DNA of 64,000 bases. Source: Terriglobia bacterium (lineage in GTDB: Bacteria; Acidobacteriota; Terriglobia; 20CM-2-55-15). A program made the position numbers and the translations under genes. Where the stretch lies: NCBI GenBank assembly GCA_965218585.1, contig CBDCLE010000026.1:192001-256000 (forward strand). Reading direction: 5' to 3'. The notes below the pieces were generated by a model. It saw only the letters and a list, made by a program, of their open reading frames with translations. It did not search any database and was not told the DNA's origin. This document shows, piece after piece, positions 41,340 to 53,103 of this stretch. Position 1 is the stretch's first letter. Each line of letters begins with the position of its first letter.

Positions 41340-42213
41340 TCAACTCGCTCGCTTTCTGTACGGTCCCCGTTTTCCCGGTTTCGGCTCGGCGGCTTCCAAC
41401 AAAGAGACTACTTCCTCGATCTCCCAAACGTGGTCCGTCAATCCGGCTTCCATCGCCGGAGTAACTCGGAGCGTTTTGTGAACCTTACAGAAATTGTAAT
41501 TCATATAGTGAAGGGGCTATTGCCGCTGCGTGGTTCTGGATGTTCTTGGAGAATCCATTAGTGAGGCGAGTGAATCGGCGCATGTGCATGCGCATTGTGA
41601 GATTCTGGCGTTCTATATAACTGGTCGAGACGTGCCCCGGGTCAGGATCGCCGGACACCGGATGCATGTGGATACCGATGCATTGTGCGGGGCTGTACTT
41701 GTGTTCGTCCTGTGGTTTGCCGTACAGCTTCACAAGCTGAGCGTAATCAACCTCAGAGCCAAACGCAGCTTCTACGCCGATCAGATAGGCTTTGTGGCCG
41801 TCAGACGTAAGCTGGACGCGATTAGTGAGCCGCCCCGCCAGATCCGCAAGAAACTCGCTGGCGCAGATAGCATCTCGCCGACCGACCAGCCACGATGGGA
41901 CAAGCTTGCTATCGGCGTCAACCGCAACCCAAGTCCACACATCACCGAAGCCGAACTGTCCCCGGGCTTCCTCTGGTACGTTCTTTTCCTTCGCGTAACA
42001 GAAGGACCAGATTTCATCGACCTGTATGCGTTCGCTCGTAAGGTTGCGAAACGTCCGATCCTGATAGGATCGGCACACTTCTCCAACGTCTTCCAGAAGC
42101 CTCAAGACGGTCGGCTTAGACGCGCTAGTCATGCGAACGGTCGAACGGATCGAGCAACCTTCGATCAATGCCTTGATTACTTGAGTGCGCTTTTCCTTGC
42201 TCAGCTTGTTCAT
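41340..42213 (-). CDS. IS1-family DDE transposase (frameshift near 41513)
   Basis: QVDEIWSF, LTSDGHKAY, TSYIERQNLTMRM..RRFTRLTNGFSK; shifted tail YNFCKVHKTLRVTPAMEAG. Confidence 0.85.
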
Positions 42214-42693
42214 GGGTACCATTATGCTTGAGCCGCTCAAGTAAAGCAAGTGCTATCTTGTGTGGCTCCATGCTAGGATAAGCATTGCTATGCCTACAAA
42301 AGGAGAGCAGCTGTTGGCCGCAGCGAATCGGGTTGCTGAAGAACACGATGCCGATGTTTTGTTTTTGAGTGGCGACCTCGATTTGCCAAATGATCGCAAG
42401 TTTATTGAAATGTGTGACAAGCGGTCCAGCAAACGCCCTAATGCTTTCATTATTCCAGTCACTCACGGCGGGAGTGCAAATGTCGCATATCGTCTAGCAC
42501 GGTGCTTGCAGCGCCAATATGACCAGATAACTGCGTGTGTGCCTGGCCCCTGCGGAAGTGGTGGGACGCTGCTAGTTATTGGGGCGCACAATCTGATTAT
42601 TACAGACCATGGGACACTAGGGCCATTGGACGTGCAGATCCGAAAAGCCGATGAATTGGGCGAAATGACTTCGGGTCTCACTGCCATGGAAGC

Positions 42694-44058
42694 GAGGTCA
42701 TTACAAAAGGTGTGTAAAAGTCATCAGGCGGCGGCCTTCGATTTCATCACGACTCTGATGCCGTCAGCGAATTGCTGACCATCATAGACCTCTTGTAAGA
42801 GTTCGGATCCTTTTAAGTGTCGCCAAGCCTTCTCAGCGACACGTAGTAGCTTCCAGATCATTGCCGTTGCATTCTCGACACGCTTGAATCGGCGAGCGGC
42901 GTTGGTGCGGAGGCGAACCATGTCGAAAGGCGATTCGACGATGTTGGTCGTTCTAAGATGCACCCAGTGTTGTTTCGGGAACTCATAGAAAGTGATCATC
43001 CGGTCCCAGTCCCGCAACAGCGTCTCACCCGCTTTGGGATAGTTCTTCTCATATCGGCGGACGAACTGATCCCGCTTTCGTTCGCAGGCCGCGCGGGAGT
43101 TCGCGAAGGCCATCCCATGGAGCAGCTGTCTGGCCGCGGGCTGCTCGGTCTTCGGCAGATGATCGACCACGTTGATCGACTTGTGGTTCCAGCAGCGTTG
43201 TTCCTGGCCCTGGGGCTGTTGCTCGGCCAGCGCGGACCAGATGCCCAGGTGACCGTCCGCGACAGTCAGCCGTCCCAGCTTCAGGCCCCGTCTCTGGAGA
43301 TTGCGCAGAATGCGGCTCCAGGACTCCTTGCTTTCCCGCTGCCCGCTCTCACAGGCCAACAGCACTTTGCGCCCGTCTGACAAGGCTCCGATGATCACCA
43401 GCAATGCCGCTCGCTCTTTCGCGATCCCCGCTTTCACGTACAAGCCGTCTGCCCACTGGTACACGACCTCGAGGCCGGACAGGTCCTGCTGGACCCACTC
43501 GTCATACTCCAACTGCCAGGTCGATTTCAGTCGTTGGATCGATGCTCGCGACAACGGAGCGCCAGCGCCAAGCAGTCCGCGCATGGCCTGCTCGAAGTCC
43601 CCTGTGGCCAGACCGTGGAGGTAGAGATCGGGAAATAGCTCGCCCAGCTGTTTCGATTTCCGTCGAAAATACGGCAGGATCTGACTCTCGAACCGCTCGG
43701 CGGTGTTTCGAACCCGAGGTCGTCGAACCTCCATCGTACCGTTCATCATTGCGAAGCGTCGCGGCTTCCCGTGACCGTTCCGGTATCCTCGTCGATTCGG
43801 ACTCCGCTCCGACTTTTCCCGACCCAGAAATTGAGTGACTTCGTCCTCGAGCAGCTCCTGTAGCCAGACTTGGACCCGGGATCGCACCCAGTCCTCCAAA
43901 CCTTCATACGCGTTCGTTGACGCCACTGATGCCGGTATGTTCTTCTTCTTCATGGGTGGTGTACCTTTCTCCCGATTGCTGCCGGGATTGCTTACGGTTT
44001 CGAATTCACCGAAAGCGTACACCGCCTTCTCTTTTTACACACCGATTGGAACGACCTC
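42694..44058 (-). mobile_element. IS256-family element type A, copy 1
   Basis: GAGGTC..GACCTC ends, 9-bp duplication CATGGAAGC, transposase 42724-44022. Confidence 0.93.
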
Positions 44059-44324
44059 CATGGAAGCGCTGAGCACGCTTAGATCAGAGTCTTTTGCGAT
44101 GTTTGAGGCCAACTTGCTCGACCTGAAGACACACAGCGCAGGGTCAATTACGCTCAAGACTGCGATGGACATTGCGCAAAGGCTCACGGTTGGATTGTTT
44201 GATAGGGTTTACGCCCAGATCGATCCAATGAGGTTGGGCGAGGACGGACGACTCGTCAAGATTGCTTTGGAATATGGGTCGAGACTAGATAGGGTGGCAG
44301 ACAATTTAGAGCCCGGGGCCCTAG

Positions 44325-46061
44325 CCCGCATGTTTCACCAGTCCGGCGATCAGGGGGATTTGGGCAGTAAGAATCGGATTCGGGAGGATCTGGGTTCGAA
44401 TTGGGCATGTGTGGCGTGACTCGGCGGTGTCGACAAGCGGGAGTTGCTGCGTTTTCGGGTTCAGAAGAGGGTGACGAAACGCACTGAGACAAACCTCGGC
44501 GGAGCCGAAAAGAGCGAGTCGATTTTGGCGCAGGGGATCGGGTCGGTTCTCAGCAGCGCAGAGGAAGCGCCTGCAGGTTTCGATGGACGAGGGCAAAGAC
44601 CTCGGCGTAGGGATAGGCTTCCGACATGGAGATCCAGATGTTGCGAACCGTCAGACGGACTTGAGCTCCGATCTTGAGGAGCTTCAAGCGGATCGTCTGG
44701 CACTGAGCGCGGGCCAGATCGGTATTCTTCAGTCCCAGACGGCGTAACGCGTGCAGGAGCATGTAGGCGGCCGAGGACAGATAGAGCCGGAGTTGATTGG
44801 CGCGCATGGTTGCCGCGCTGGTCCGGTCGGCGAATAGATCCAACTGCTGTTCCTTGATGCGATTTTCCATGTCGCCCCGCGCACAGTAAAAGTCTTCATA
44901 GAGGGCGCGGGCGTCCAGGCGTTCCGGCGACAGTGAGGTCACAACGAATCGAGGATTGGCGCCTTTCTCCAGGAACTCGGCCTTGCCGATGACGCGTCGG
45001 GTGCAGGTCCAGCTCTTCCGAGTGCGATACCGGAAATCGTTAAACACCCGCGCCGGTTTCCCGGTGTCGTTAAACTCGGCTTCGGCCTGACTCATCGATT
45101 CAGCGATCTCGCGCTTGAGCCGATCGTTCTTGGCCAGACCCACCACGTAATCGACCTGGTGGGCCTCGCACCAACTCAGCAATTCATCCCGGCAAAAGCC
45201 CGAGTCGGCCCGGATGATAATCGACACCTCCGGCCAGCTCTGCCGGATCTGGCCGATGATGCGGTTCAATTCCTCGACGGCGCCGTCCGCACCGTCGACA
45301 TTGGAGCACCGCAACCGGGCGCATAGCAGATGCTCTCCCGAAAAGATGTAGAGCGGCAGATAACAGTAGTTGCCGTAGTAGCCGTGAAAGAACCGTCCTT
45401 CCTGATGGCCATGGATCGGATCATCGGTCGCATCCAGGTCCAGAACAATCTCCTCGGGCGCCGATCCGTGAGCCGCCACAAATGCATCCACCATCCAGCG
45501 GTCGATCTTGTCCGGGTCCATGGCAATCTTCTTGTACCGCTCCTTCCCATCGACTTGCTCCCCGGTCAGTTCCAACCGGTTCAGCGTACACTTGCCCGCC
45601 AACGCTTTTCCCCGGTCTCGGGCCTGCCGCCGCTTCTCCCCCAGTGGATCGGCCTTATCCACCGCCACGGCCAGCATCGGATCGGTCCGCAGTTGGTCAT
45701 GATCGTTCAGATCCTCGTAGCCCAGACAGAGTCCGTAGACGCGCTGCCCCAATAACTCGCTCACCGTGTGTTCGATCAACCTCGCGTCCCGGTAATCCCT
45801 GAAACACTCGGCCAGTCCGGCGATCAGACCCGTTCGCTTTTCCACTTCCCTCAACAGCAGAACCCCAGCGTCGGAGGTGATCTTTCCGCCGTCAAAACGC
45901 GCCTTCACTTTTCGTTGAAGAAGTCCGTGAAATTCGAACGTCGTTTGGTTACACTCTGTTCTCATAAGGGCCGTCTCCGTTTGGCTTGTTAAACGTTTAT
46001 TTCAAAACGCTTTATGCCAGACAGGGCGGCCTTTTCTGGTCCTATCGGTGAAATATGCGGG
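44325..46061 (-). mobile_element. IS1380-family element, copy 2 (intact 471 aa transposase 44550-45965)
   Basis: IRs CCCGCAT(A/G)TTTCACC, CTAG duplication. Confidence 0.95.
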
Positions 46062-46414
46062 CTAGCGAAGTTAGTAAGTAAATATCCGACACATACGTTT
46101 GAGATTGACAGAGAAGAAGCTGAGGAACTGTTTTATAGGGTTGGGAGCCCGACGGATAGTCAGAGCGAACTTATCACGGTGTTAGGCAACGCCGTGCATA
46201 ATCCAAGCGATCAAACGACTTTCTTATTTTTGTCGGCGGAGAAGAAAGACGCCGAAGAGGTAGAACATGACTACGAGCATTCGGCAGATACGGGTAGCGG
46301 AGAGCAGGAACATGCTGAGGCTACTCCGGATAATGGACAAGAGGGAGCCGAAGAAGGCATCCCGACGAGATTCATCAAGTCTATTGGATGACCTCAAGAA
46401 CTCGCCCAAACTGG

Positions 46415-46678
46415 CTATACCGGCTGACCTTTTGATTTTTTCCAACGTGCGGAGGCCGCGCGCTTAGCAATCTCCTTTTTCTTCTTTTTGGACAGCTTTT
46501 TTGCTCTAGCTGCCCCGCCTTTTAGGCCACCTTTTCTTCCGATCTTGGCGAGGTATGCCTTTACGGCATCAACTTCGGCTTCTTTCTCTTCCTCGGTCGA
46601 AAGCCGGACAATTTCAGCGGCCAGTTCGTTGGGATCTTTGGGACGCTTCTTGGTCTTCTTATTACTTGTTCCGCTCAT
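46415..46678 (-). CDS. Small basic histone-H1-like/KGG protein of the IS1 element
   Basis: KRPKDPNELA...GRKGGLKGGAARAKKL...IAKRAASARW. Confidence 0.7.
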   Translation of the reverse strand: MSGTSNKKTKKRPKDPNELAAEIVRLSTEEEKEAEVDAVKAYLAKIGRKGGLKGGAARAKKLSKKKKKEIAKRAASARWKKSKGQPV

Positions 46679-46752
46679 GCATCCAACAATATGGGAGATG
46701 CAAGGAAAAAGCAATGGAGAGAGGTTTCAAAATTGACCACTACCGGAATTCG

Positions 46753-46821
46753 GGTAGTGGTCTAGTTTCCATTTCAAAGGGCATCAGTACAGCTACTTTC
46801 GTTCCAAACTAGACCAGTACC
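46753..46821. mobile_element. 69-bp mini-IS1-like element
   Basis: GGTAGTGGTCTAGTTT / AAACTAGACCAGTACC, 15 of 16 complementary. Confidence 0.6.
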
Positions 46822-46953
46822 GATTTCCAGGAGGTTCCACTGATTGACATGCCAGCTAAGTCGCTGATTGTTCGTCCTGTCTAGAATTGATTTCGCGTCT
46901 AAAAAGAGTGAATTCCGGTTAACTTGACAGTGCCTCAGTCACTCATTGATCCT

Positions 46954-48746
46954 CTATTCTCCAATGATCTTAATCAGAACTCGCTTCCGGCGGCGGCCGT
47001 CGAATTCGCCGTAAAAAATCTGTTCCCATGGTCCAAAATCCAAATGGCCTTTCGTGACGAGGTCATTACAAAAGGTGTGTAAAAGTCATCAGGCGGCGGC
47101 CTTCGATTTCATCACGACTCTGATGCCGTCAGCGAATTGCTGGCCATCATAGACCTCTTGTAAGAGTTCGGATCCTTTTAAGTGTCGCCAAGCCTTCTCA
47201 GCGACACGTAGTAGCTTCCAGATCATTGCCGTTGCATTCTCGACACGCTTGAATCGGCGAGCGGCGTTGGTGCGGAGGCGAACCATGTCGAAGGGCGATT
47301 CGACGATGTTGGTTGTTCTCAGATGCACCCAGTGTTGTTTCGGGAACTCATAGAAAGTAATCATCCGGTCCCAGTCCCGCAACAGCGTCTCACCCGCTTT
47401 GGGATAGTTCTTCTCATATCGGCGGACGAACTGATCCCGCTTTCGTTCGCAGGCCGCGCGGGAGTTCGCGAAGGCCATCCCATGAAGCAGCTGTCTGGCC
47501 GCGGGCTGCTCGGTCTTCGGCAGATGATCGACCACGTTGATCGACTTGTGGTTCCAGCAGCGTTGTTCCTGGCCCTGGGGCTGTTGCTCGGCCAGCGCGG
47601 ACCAGATGCCCAGGTGACCGTCCGCGACAGTCAGCCGTCCCAGCTTCAGGCCCCGTCTCTGGAGATTGCGCAGAATGCGGCTCCAGGACTCCTTGCTTTC
47701 CCGCTGCCCGCTCTCACAGGCCAACAGCACTTTGCGCCCGTCTGACAAGGCTCCGATGATCACCAGCAATGCCGCTCGCTCTTTCGCGATCCCCGCTTTC
47801 ACGTACAAGCCGTCTGCCCACTGGTACACGACCTCGAGGCCGGACAGGTCCTGCTGGACCCACTCGTCATACTCCAACTGCCAGGTCGATTTCAGTCGTT
47901 GGATCGATGCTCGCGACAACGGAGCGCCAGCGCCAAGCAGTCCGCGCATGGCCTGCTCGAAGTCCCCTGTGGCCAGACCGTGGAGGTAGAGATCGGGAAG
48001 TAGCTCGCCCAGCTGTTTCGATTTCCGTCGAAAATACGGCAGGATCTGACTCTCGAACCGCTCGGCGGTGTTTCGAACCCGAGGTCGTCGAACCTCCATC
48101 GTACCGTTCATCATTGCGAAGCGTCGCGGCTTCCCGTGACCGTTCCGGTATCCTCGTCGATTCGGACTCCGCTCCGACTTTTCCCGACCCAGAAATTGAG
48201 TGACTTCGTCCTCGAGCAGCTCCTGTAGCCAGACTTGGACCCGGGATCGCGCCCAGTCCTCCAAACCTTCATACGCGTTCGTTGACGCCACTGATGCCGG
48301 TATGTTCTTCTTCTTCATGGGTGGTGTACCTTTCTCCCGATTGCTGCCGGGATTGCTTACGGTTTCGAATTCACCGAAAGCGTACACCGCCTTCTCTTTT
48401 TACACACCGATTGGAACGACCTCTTCGTGACGGCAGCGACGACTTCCCTGCCCATGACCTGGCGTTTGATATGAGCATCCGCGTTGTCTTCGCCAGTGTC
48501 GTTGTGCCGGTACCGCTCGACGGGCTCGTGGGGAGCAAGCTTTTCAAGAAAGGCGTCATAATCCTGAATGAGTCCCGGCTCGTCGTCATTGATGTACACG
48601 CTTGCTGAGATGTGCATTGCGTTAACCAGGCAGAACCCCTCCTGTATACCGCTTTCCGCCAGCGCGGCCTCGACCTTGGGAGTGATATTGATGTAATCCC
48701 TCCGGGTTCCAGTTTCGAACCATAGCTCTTTTCGGTACGATTTCAT
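46954..48746 (-). pseudogene. yjbQ: YjbQ (UPF0047) protein interrupted by IS256
   Basis: [13 protein letters not shown]...[14 protein letters not shown]...VTK then [31 protein letters not shown]. Confidence 0.88.
47059..48423 (-). mobile_element. IS256-family element type A, copy 2
   Basis: Near-identical to copy 1; 8-bp duplication TTCGTGAC. Confidence 0.93.
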
Positions 48747-49108
48747 GGCCCCTCCTTCGGTCTAAGGAACAAACAAGAAACTCACGCCGCCGGCTCGTAT
48801 CAAAGCCCACGCCTACTCCTCCGATTTCCCTTCCTCCAGTAACAAGGGTTATGTTTCAGAGTTTCTGCAAAAAGGCCCTGAAATAGGAAGGGGCCAGGGT
48901 ATCTCCGAAAAGTTGGTAACCAACAACTTTGAAACGAAGGAGATGAACCGATGGCCCGAACTAAGATTAAGCGAAAGGGAGTGGATTGGAAAGAACTGTT
49001 AGGAGAGGAAAAGGATCTGCTGAAAAGCGTCGTGCAGGAGGTGGTTCAGGAAATTCTCGAGGGGGAGATGGAGCAGGTTGTGGCCGCGGCCAAGAGTGAA
49101 CGAACGGC

Positions 49109-50474
49109 GAGGTCGTTCCAATCGGTGTGTAAAAAGAGAAGGCGGTGTACGCTTTCGGTGAATTCGAAACCGTAAGCAATCCCGGCAGCAATCGGGAGAA
49201 AGGTACACCACCCATGAAGAAGAAGAACATACCGGCATCAGTGGCGTCAACGAACGCGTATGAAGGTTTGGAGGACTGGGCGCGATCCCGGGTCCAAGTC
49301 TGGCTACAGGAGCTGCTCGAGGACGAAGTCACTCAATTTTCTGGGTCGGGAAAAGTCGGAGCGGAGTCCGAATCGACGAGGATACCGGAACGGTCACGGG
49401 AAGCCGCGACGCTTCGCAATGATGAACGGTACGATGGAGGTTCGACGACCTCGGGTTCGAAACACCGCCGAGCGGTTCGAGAGTCAGATCCTGCCGTATT
49501 TTCGACGGAAATCGAAACAGCTGGGCGAGCTACTTCCCGATCTCTACCTCCACGGTCTGGCCACAGGGGACTTCGAGCAGGCCATGCGCGGACTGCTTGG
49601 CGCTGGCGCTCCGTTGTCGCGAGCATCGATCCAACGACTGAAATCGACCTGGCAGTTGGAGTATGACGAGTGGGTCCAGCAGGACCTGTCCGGCCTCGAG
49701 GTCGTGTACCAGTGGGCAGACGGCTTGTACGTGAAAGCGGGGATCGCGAAAGAGCGAGCGGCATTGCTGGTGATCATCGGAGCCTTGTCAGACGGGCGCA
49801 AAGTGGTGTTGGCCTGTGAGAGCGGGCAGCGGAAAAACAAGGAGTCCTGGAGCCGCATTCTGCGCAATCTCCAGAGACGGGGCCTGAAGCTGGGACGGCT
49901 GACTGTCGCGGACGGTCACCTGGGCATCTGGTCCGCGCTGGCCGAGCAACAGCCCCAGGGCCAGGAACAACGCTGCTGGAACCACAAGTCGATCAACGTG
50001 GTCGATCATCTGCCGAAGACCGAGCAGCCCGCGGCCAGACAGCTGCTTCATGGGATGGCCTTCGCGAACTCCCGCGCGGCCTGCGAACGAAAGCGGGATC
50101 AGTTCGTCCGCCGATATGAGAAGAACTATCCCAAAGCGGGTGAGACGCTGTTGCGGGACTGGGACCGGATGATTACTTTCTATGAGTTCCCGAAACAACA
50201 CTGGGTGCATCTGAGAACGACCAACATCGTCGAATCGCCCTTCGACATGGTTCGTCTCCGCACCAACGCCGCTCGCCGATTCAAGCGTGTCGAGAATGCA
50301 ACGGCAATGATCTGGAAGCTACTACGTGTCGCTGAGAAGGCTTGGCGACACTTAAAAGGATCCGAACTCTTACAAGAGGTCTATGATGGTCAGCAATTCG
50401 CTGACGGCATCAGAGTCGTGATGAAATCGAAGGCCGCCGCCTGATGACTTTTACACACCTTTTGTAATGACCTC
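49109..50474 (+). mobile_element. IS256-family element type A, copy 3 (one extra T near 49340)
   Basis: 8-bp duplication CGAACGGC. Confidence 0.93.
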
Positions 50475-51667
50475 CGAACGGCGGGGCGGACCGGATATCG
50501 GAGTGGCTATTACGGGCGGGACCTGGTCACGCGGGTGGGCAAGCTGGAGCTGCGCGTGCCGCAGGACCGGGCCGGGCGGTTCAGCACGGAAGTGTTTGAA
50601 CGCTACCAACGCAGCGAGAAAGCTTTGGTGGCCAGCTTGGCGGAGATGTACGTGCAGGGCGTGTCGACGCGCAAGGTCAAGGCCATCACCGAAGAATTAT
50701 GCGGGCATTCGTTTTCGGCCAGCACGATCAGCCGGATTAATAAGACACTGGACACGGAGCTGAAAAAGTTTGCGACGCGAGCATTGGAGGAAGAATACCC
50801 GTACCTGATTCTGGATGCGCGCTACGAGAAGGTGCGCGAAGACGGGGTCATCCGGAGCCGAGCAGTTCTGGTGGCGATCGGAATCAACTGGGACGGGAGG
50901 CGCGGTGTGTTGGCGGTGGAACTGGCGGAACGGGAAAGCACGACCAGTTGGCGGGAACTGTTACTGAGTTTGAAACAACGCGGCTTGTGCGGCGTGGAGT
51001 TCGTGGTGACCGACGATCATGCCGGGTTGAAGAAAGCCATCGCAGAAGTCCTGCCCGAAGCGATCTGGCAACGCTGCTACGTCCACTTTCTGAGAAACGC
51101 ATTGGATTATCTGCCGCGCAAAGCCGATGACGATTGTCTCCAGGAACTGCGTTGGCTCTACGACCGGCGGGACCTCCAGGAAGTGCGGCAGGACCTGGCG
51201 ACATGGTTGAGCAAGTGGGGGCAGAAATATTCCAAACTCTGCGACTGGGTCGAAGACAATATCGACGAGACACTAAGCTTCTACACGCTGCCGCTTCAGC
51301 ATCACAAACACATGAAATCCACCAATATGCTGGAACGGCTCAACGAAGAGATCAAACGGCGAACGCGCGTGGTGCGGATATTCCCCAACGCAGCCAGCTG
51401 TCTGCGTTTGATTCGGGCGCTGACCACCGAAACGCACGAGAACTGGATCGAAGCGATCCGCTACTTGAACATGGACCTGTTGAAGGAACACAAAAGGGAC
51501 TGGCACCGTCAGACGCCGGCTGCCTAAACGCGTCCCAACGGGCCGACCCAATGATCGACTCGGATGTCGATCGGCGATTACAGAGCATCCTGGAGCGAAC
51601 AATCGCTGTGGAAAACTTTCGAGGGGACGAAAGAAAGAAAAAGAACCAAAAAAGAAAGAAACGCAGA

Positions 51668-51778
51668 GGCCTGATGGAAATGACGCCTCAGAGGAAATCC
51701 GCCAAAAGGCGCGGATTCCCTCTGAGGCTTGGAAAAGCTTCGCCAAAAACGCTCAGCATTCCCACATTCCCACAGGCC
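51668..51778 (+). other. Structured three-way-junction motif, copy B (IS256 type B 3' region)
   Basis: GGCCTGATGGAAATG/CATTCCCACAGGCC; GCCTCAGAGGAAATCC/GGATTCCCTCTGAGGC. Confidence 0.7.
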
Positions 51779-51847
51779 CGACGGCGATCGACACTCAAGA
51801 ACTGAATTTTTTGGAAATACTTTTTGCAGAACTTGACGCACACAACT

Positions 51848-52073
51848 GTAACAAGCGCACCTCGTCGACAGAATCGGCGCACACGAGAAAAACTACCGGT
51901 CTTCCCTGGGGGTTGAACAACGTCCCACGAAACGCTCCCCGGAATGCATCGTAAGGGTCTTCGCCACGCGTAAGGTAAGGTATTCCGGCGCTGTCGAGAA
52001 GCGACTTGACGATCGCCGCTTCAGCCGGATCGATCGTCTCGAAGACTACTTCCAAGGGTTCGTCGCTGTCCAT
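51848..52073 (-). pseudogene. DUF2007-like small protein, C-terminus cut off by IS256 type B
   Basis: EAAIVKSLLDSAGIPY; resumes as LEEGKSEE* at ~48813-48838. Confidence 0.65.
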
Positions 52074-52168
52074 ATCCGCGATCCTCGCATCTCGTGGACT
52101 GTATCGTGCCAGAAGGTAGCCTACTCTGCCCGCATGTGGCAAAGTGAACGATGGAGGGAGACAAGAAC

Positions 52169-52247
52169 GTGACAAGAATACTGGGAATATCCGGCAGTCT
52201 GCGAAAAGGCTCTTACAACACCGCACTGTTGAAAGCGGCCGCGTACT
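52169..52247 (+). pseudogene. NADPH-dependent FMN reductase N-terminal stub
   Basis: MTRILGISGSLRKGSYNTALLKAAA, cut at IS6. Confidence 0.7.
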
Positions 52248-53078
52248 GGTTGTGTTGCAACTCTGGCCGACGGCGGCTGTTAACCTGAAGAGATCATGAA
52301 AAAGACAATCCGACCGGTGATCTTCAAATGGCGACAAACCGAGCCCGCGCTGGTTCTTTGCGCCGTGCGCTGATACCTGCGGTACTCGCTCTCGTCCCGT
52401 GATGTCGAAGAGCTGCTCAGCGAACGCGGCCTGAAGGCGGACCACACGACAATCTGGCGCTGGGTCCAGCGCTACGGTCCCGAACTGGAGGCGCGGTTGC
52501 GCCGTCATCTCAAGCCAACCAATCAGTCCTGGCGCGTCGATGAGACCTACGTTCGTGTCAAGAGTCGTTGGTGCTACCTCTACCGAGCCATCGATTCCAC
52601 CGGCGCCACGATCGACTTCGTGCTCTCGGGGGTGCGCGATGCCGCTGCGGCCAAACGCCTGTTCCGTAAGGCGCTGACGGATCCGTCGCATCCACAGCCC
52701 CGGGTTATCAATACGGACCAAGCACGCCTCTATGGCGCGGCGATTTCAGGAGTGAAGCAGGAAGGACTCCTGCGACGCCGTTGCCGCCACCGACCTGTTC
52801 AATACTTGAACAACATCCTGGAGCAGGATCATCGAGCGATCAAACGACGCGTGAAGGCCAAGCAGGGCTTTCGTGAATTCCACGCGGCGCGGCGAACAAT
52901 CCAGGGATACGAGGCCATGAACATGATCCGGAAGGGGCAGGCGAGGCGGGTCAGCGGTTCGGATGTTCGGCAACAGATTCAGTTCATCAACATGCTGTTC
53001 GAGGTGGCTGCATGAGACGGAGCTTGGTCGACCCAACCAGTCGCTCTCTTGCTGATTTTTGAAAGTTGCAACACATCC
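52248..53078 (+). mobile_element. IS6-family element, transposase 52296-53015 with in-frame TGA at 52371
   Basis: IRs GGTTGTGTTGCAACT / AGTTGCAACACATCC; WRVDETY, YLNNILEQDHRAIK. Confidence 0.9.
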
Positions 53079-53103
53079 CGCGAAGTGTGGTATGAACTAA
53101 AGG

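Larger units (their letters stand above)
42290..46391 (+). pseudogene. SDH/ClpP-fold serine protease split by IS256 and IS1380
   Basis: Segments 42290-42693, 44068-44324 and 46066-46391 rejoin in frame (328 aa): THGGS, CGSGGTLL, LGPLDVQ, YPTH. Confidence 0.8.
41319..46744 (-). mobile_element. IS1-family element with passenger genes
   Basis: Ends GGTAGTGGGCAAGTTT / AAATTGACCACTACC; 8-bp duplication GGAATTCG at 41311-41318 and 46745-46752. Confidence 0.8.
41293..46934. mobile_element. Non-autonomous element with perfect 25-bp IS6-like IRs enclosing nested insertions
   Basis: GGCACTGTCAAGTTAACCGGAATTC at 41293-41317 and exact reverse complement at 46910-46934. Confidence 0.7.
48847..51847 (+). 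mobile_element. IS256-family element type B (transposase 48951-51527) interrupted by type A copy 3
   Basis: 8-bp duplication GTAACAAG; LRVPQDR, LDARYEKVR, WQRCYVHF, STNMLERLNEEIKRR. Confidence 0.9.

Noticed and set aside
51795-52721. 308-aa minus-strand ORF
   Set aside because: Chimera of IS6 antisense sequence and the DUF2007-like gene.
53060-53103. IS6-derived hybrid promoter for speD
   Set aside because: TTGCAA is present but spacing and the -10 match are poor.
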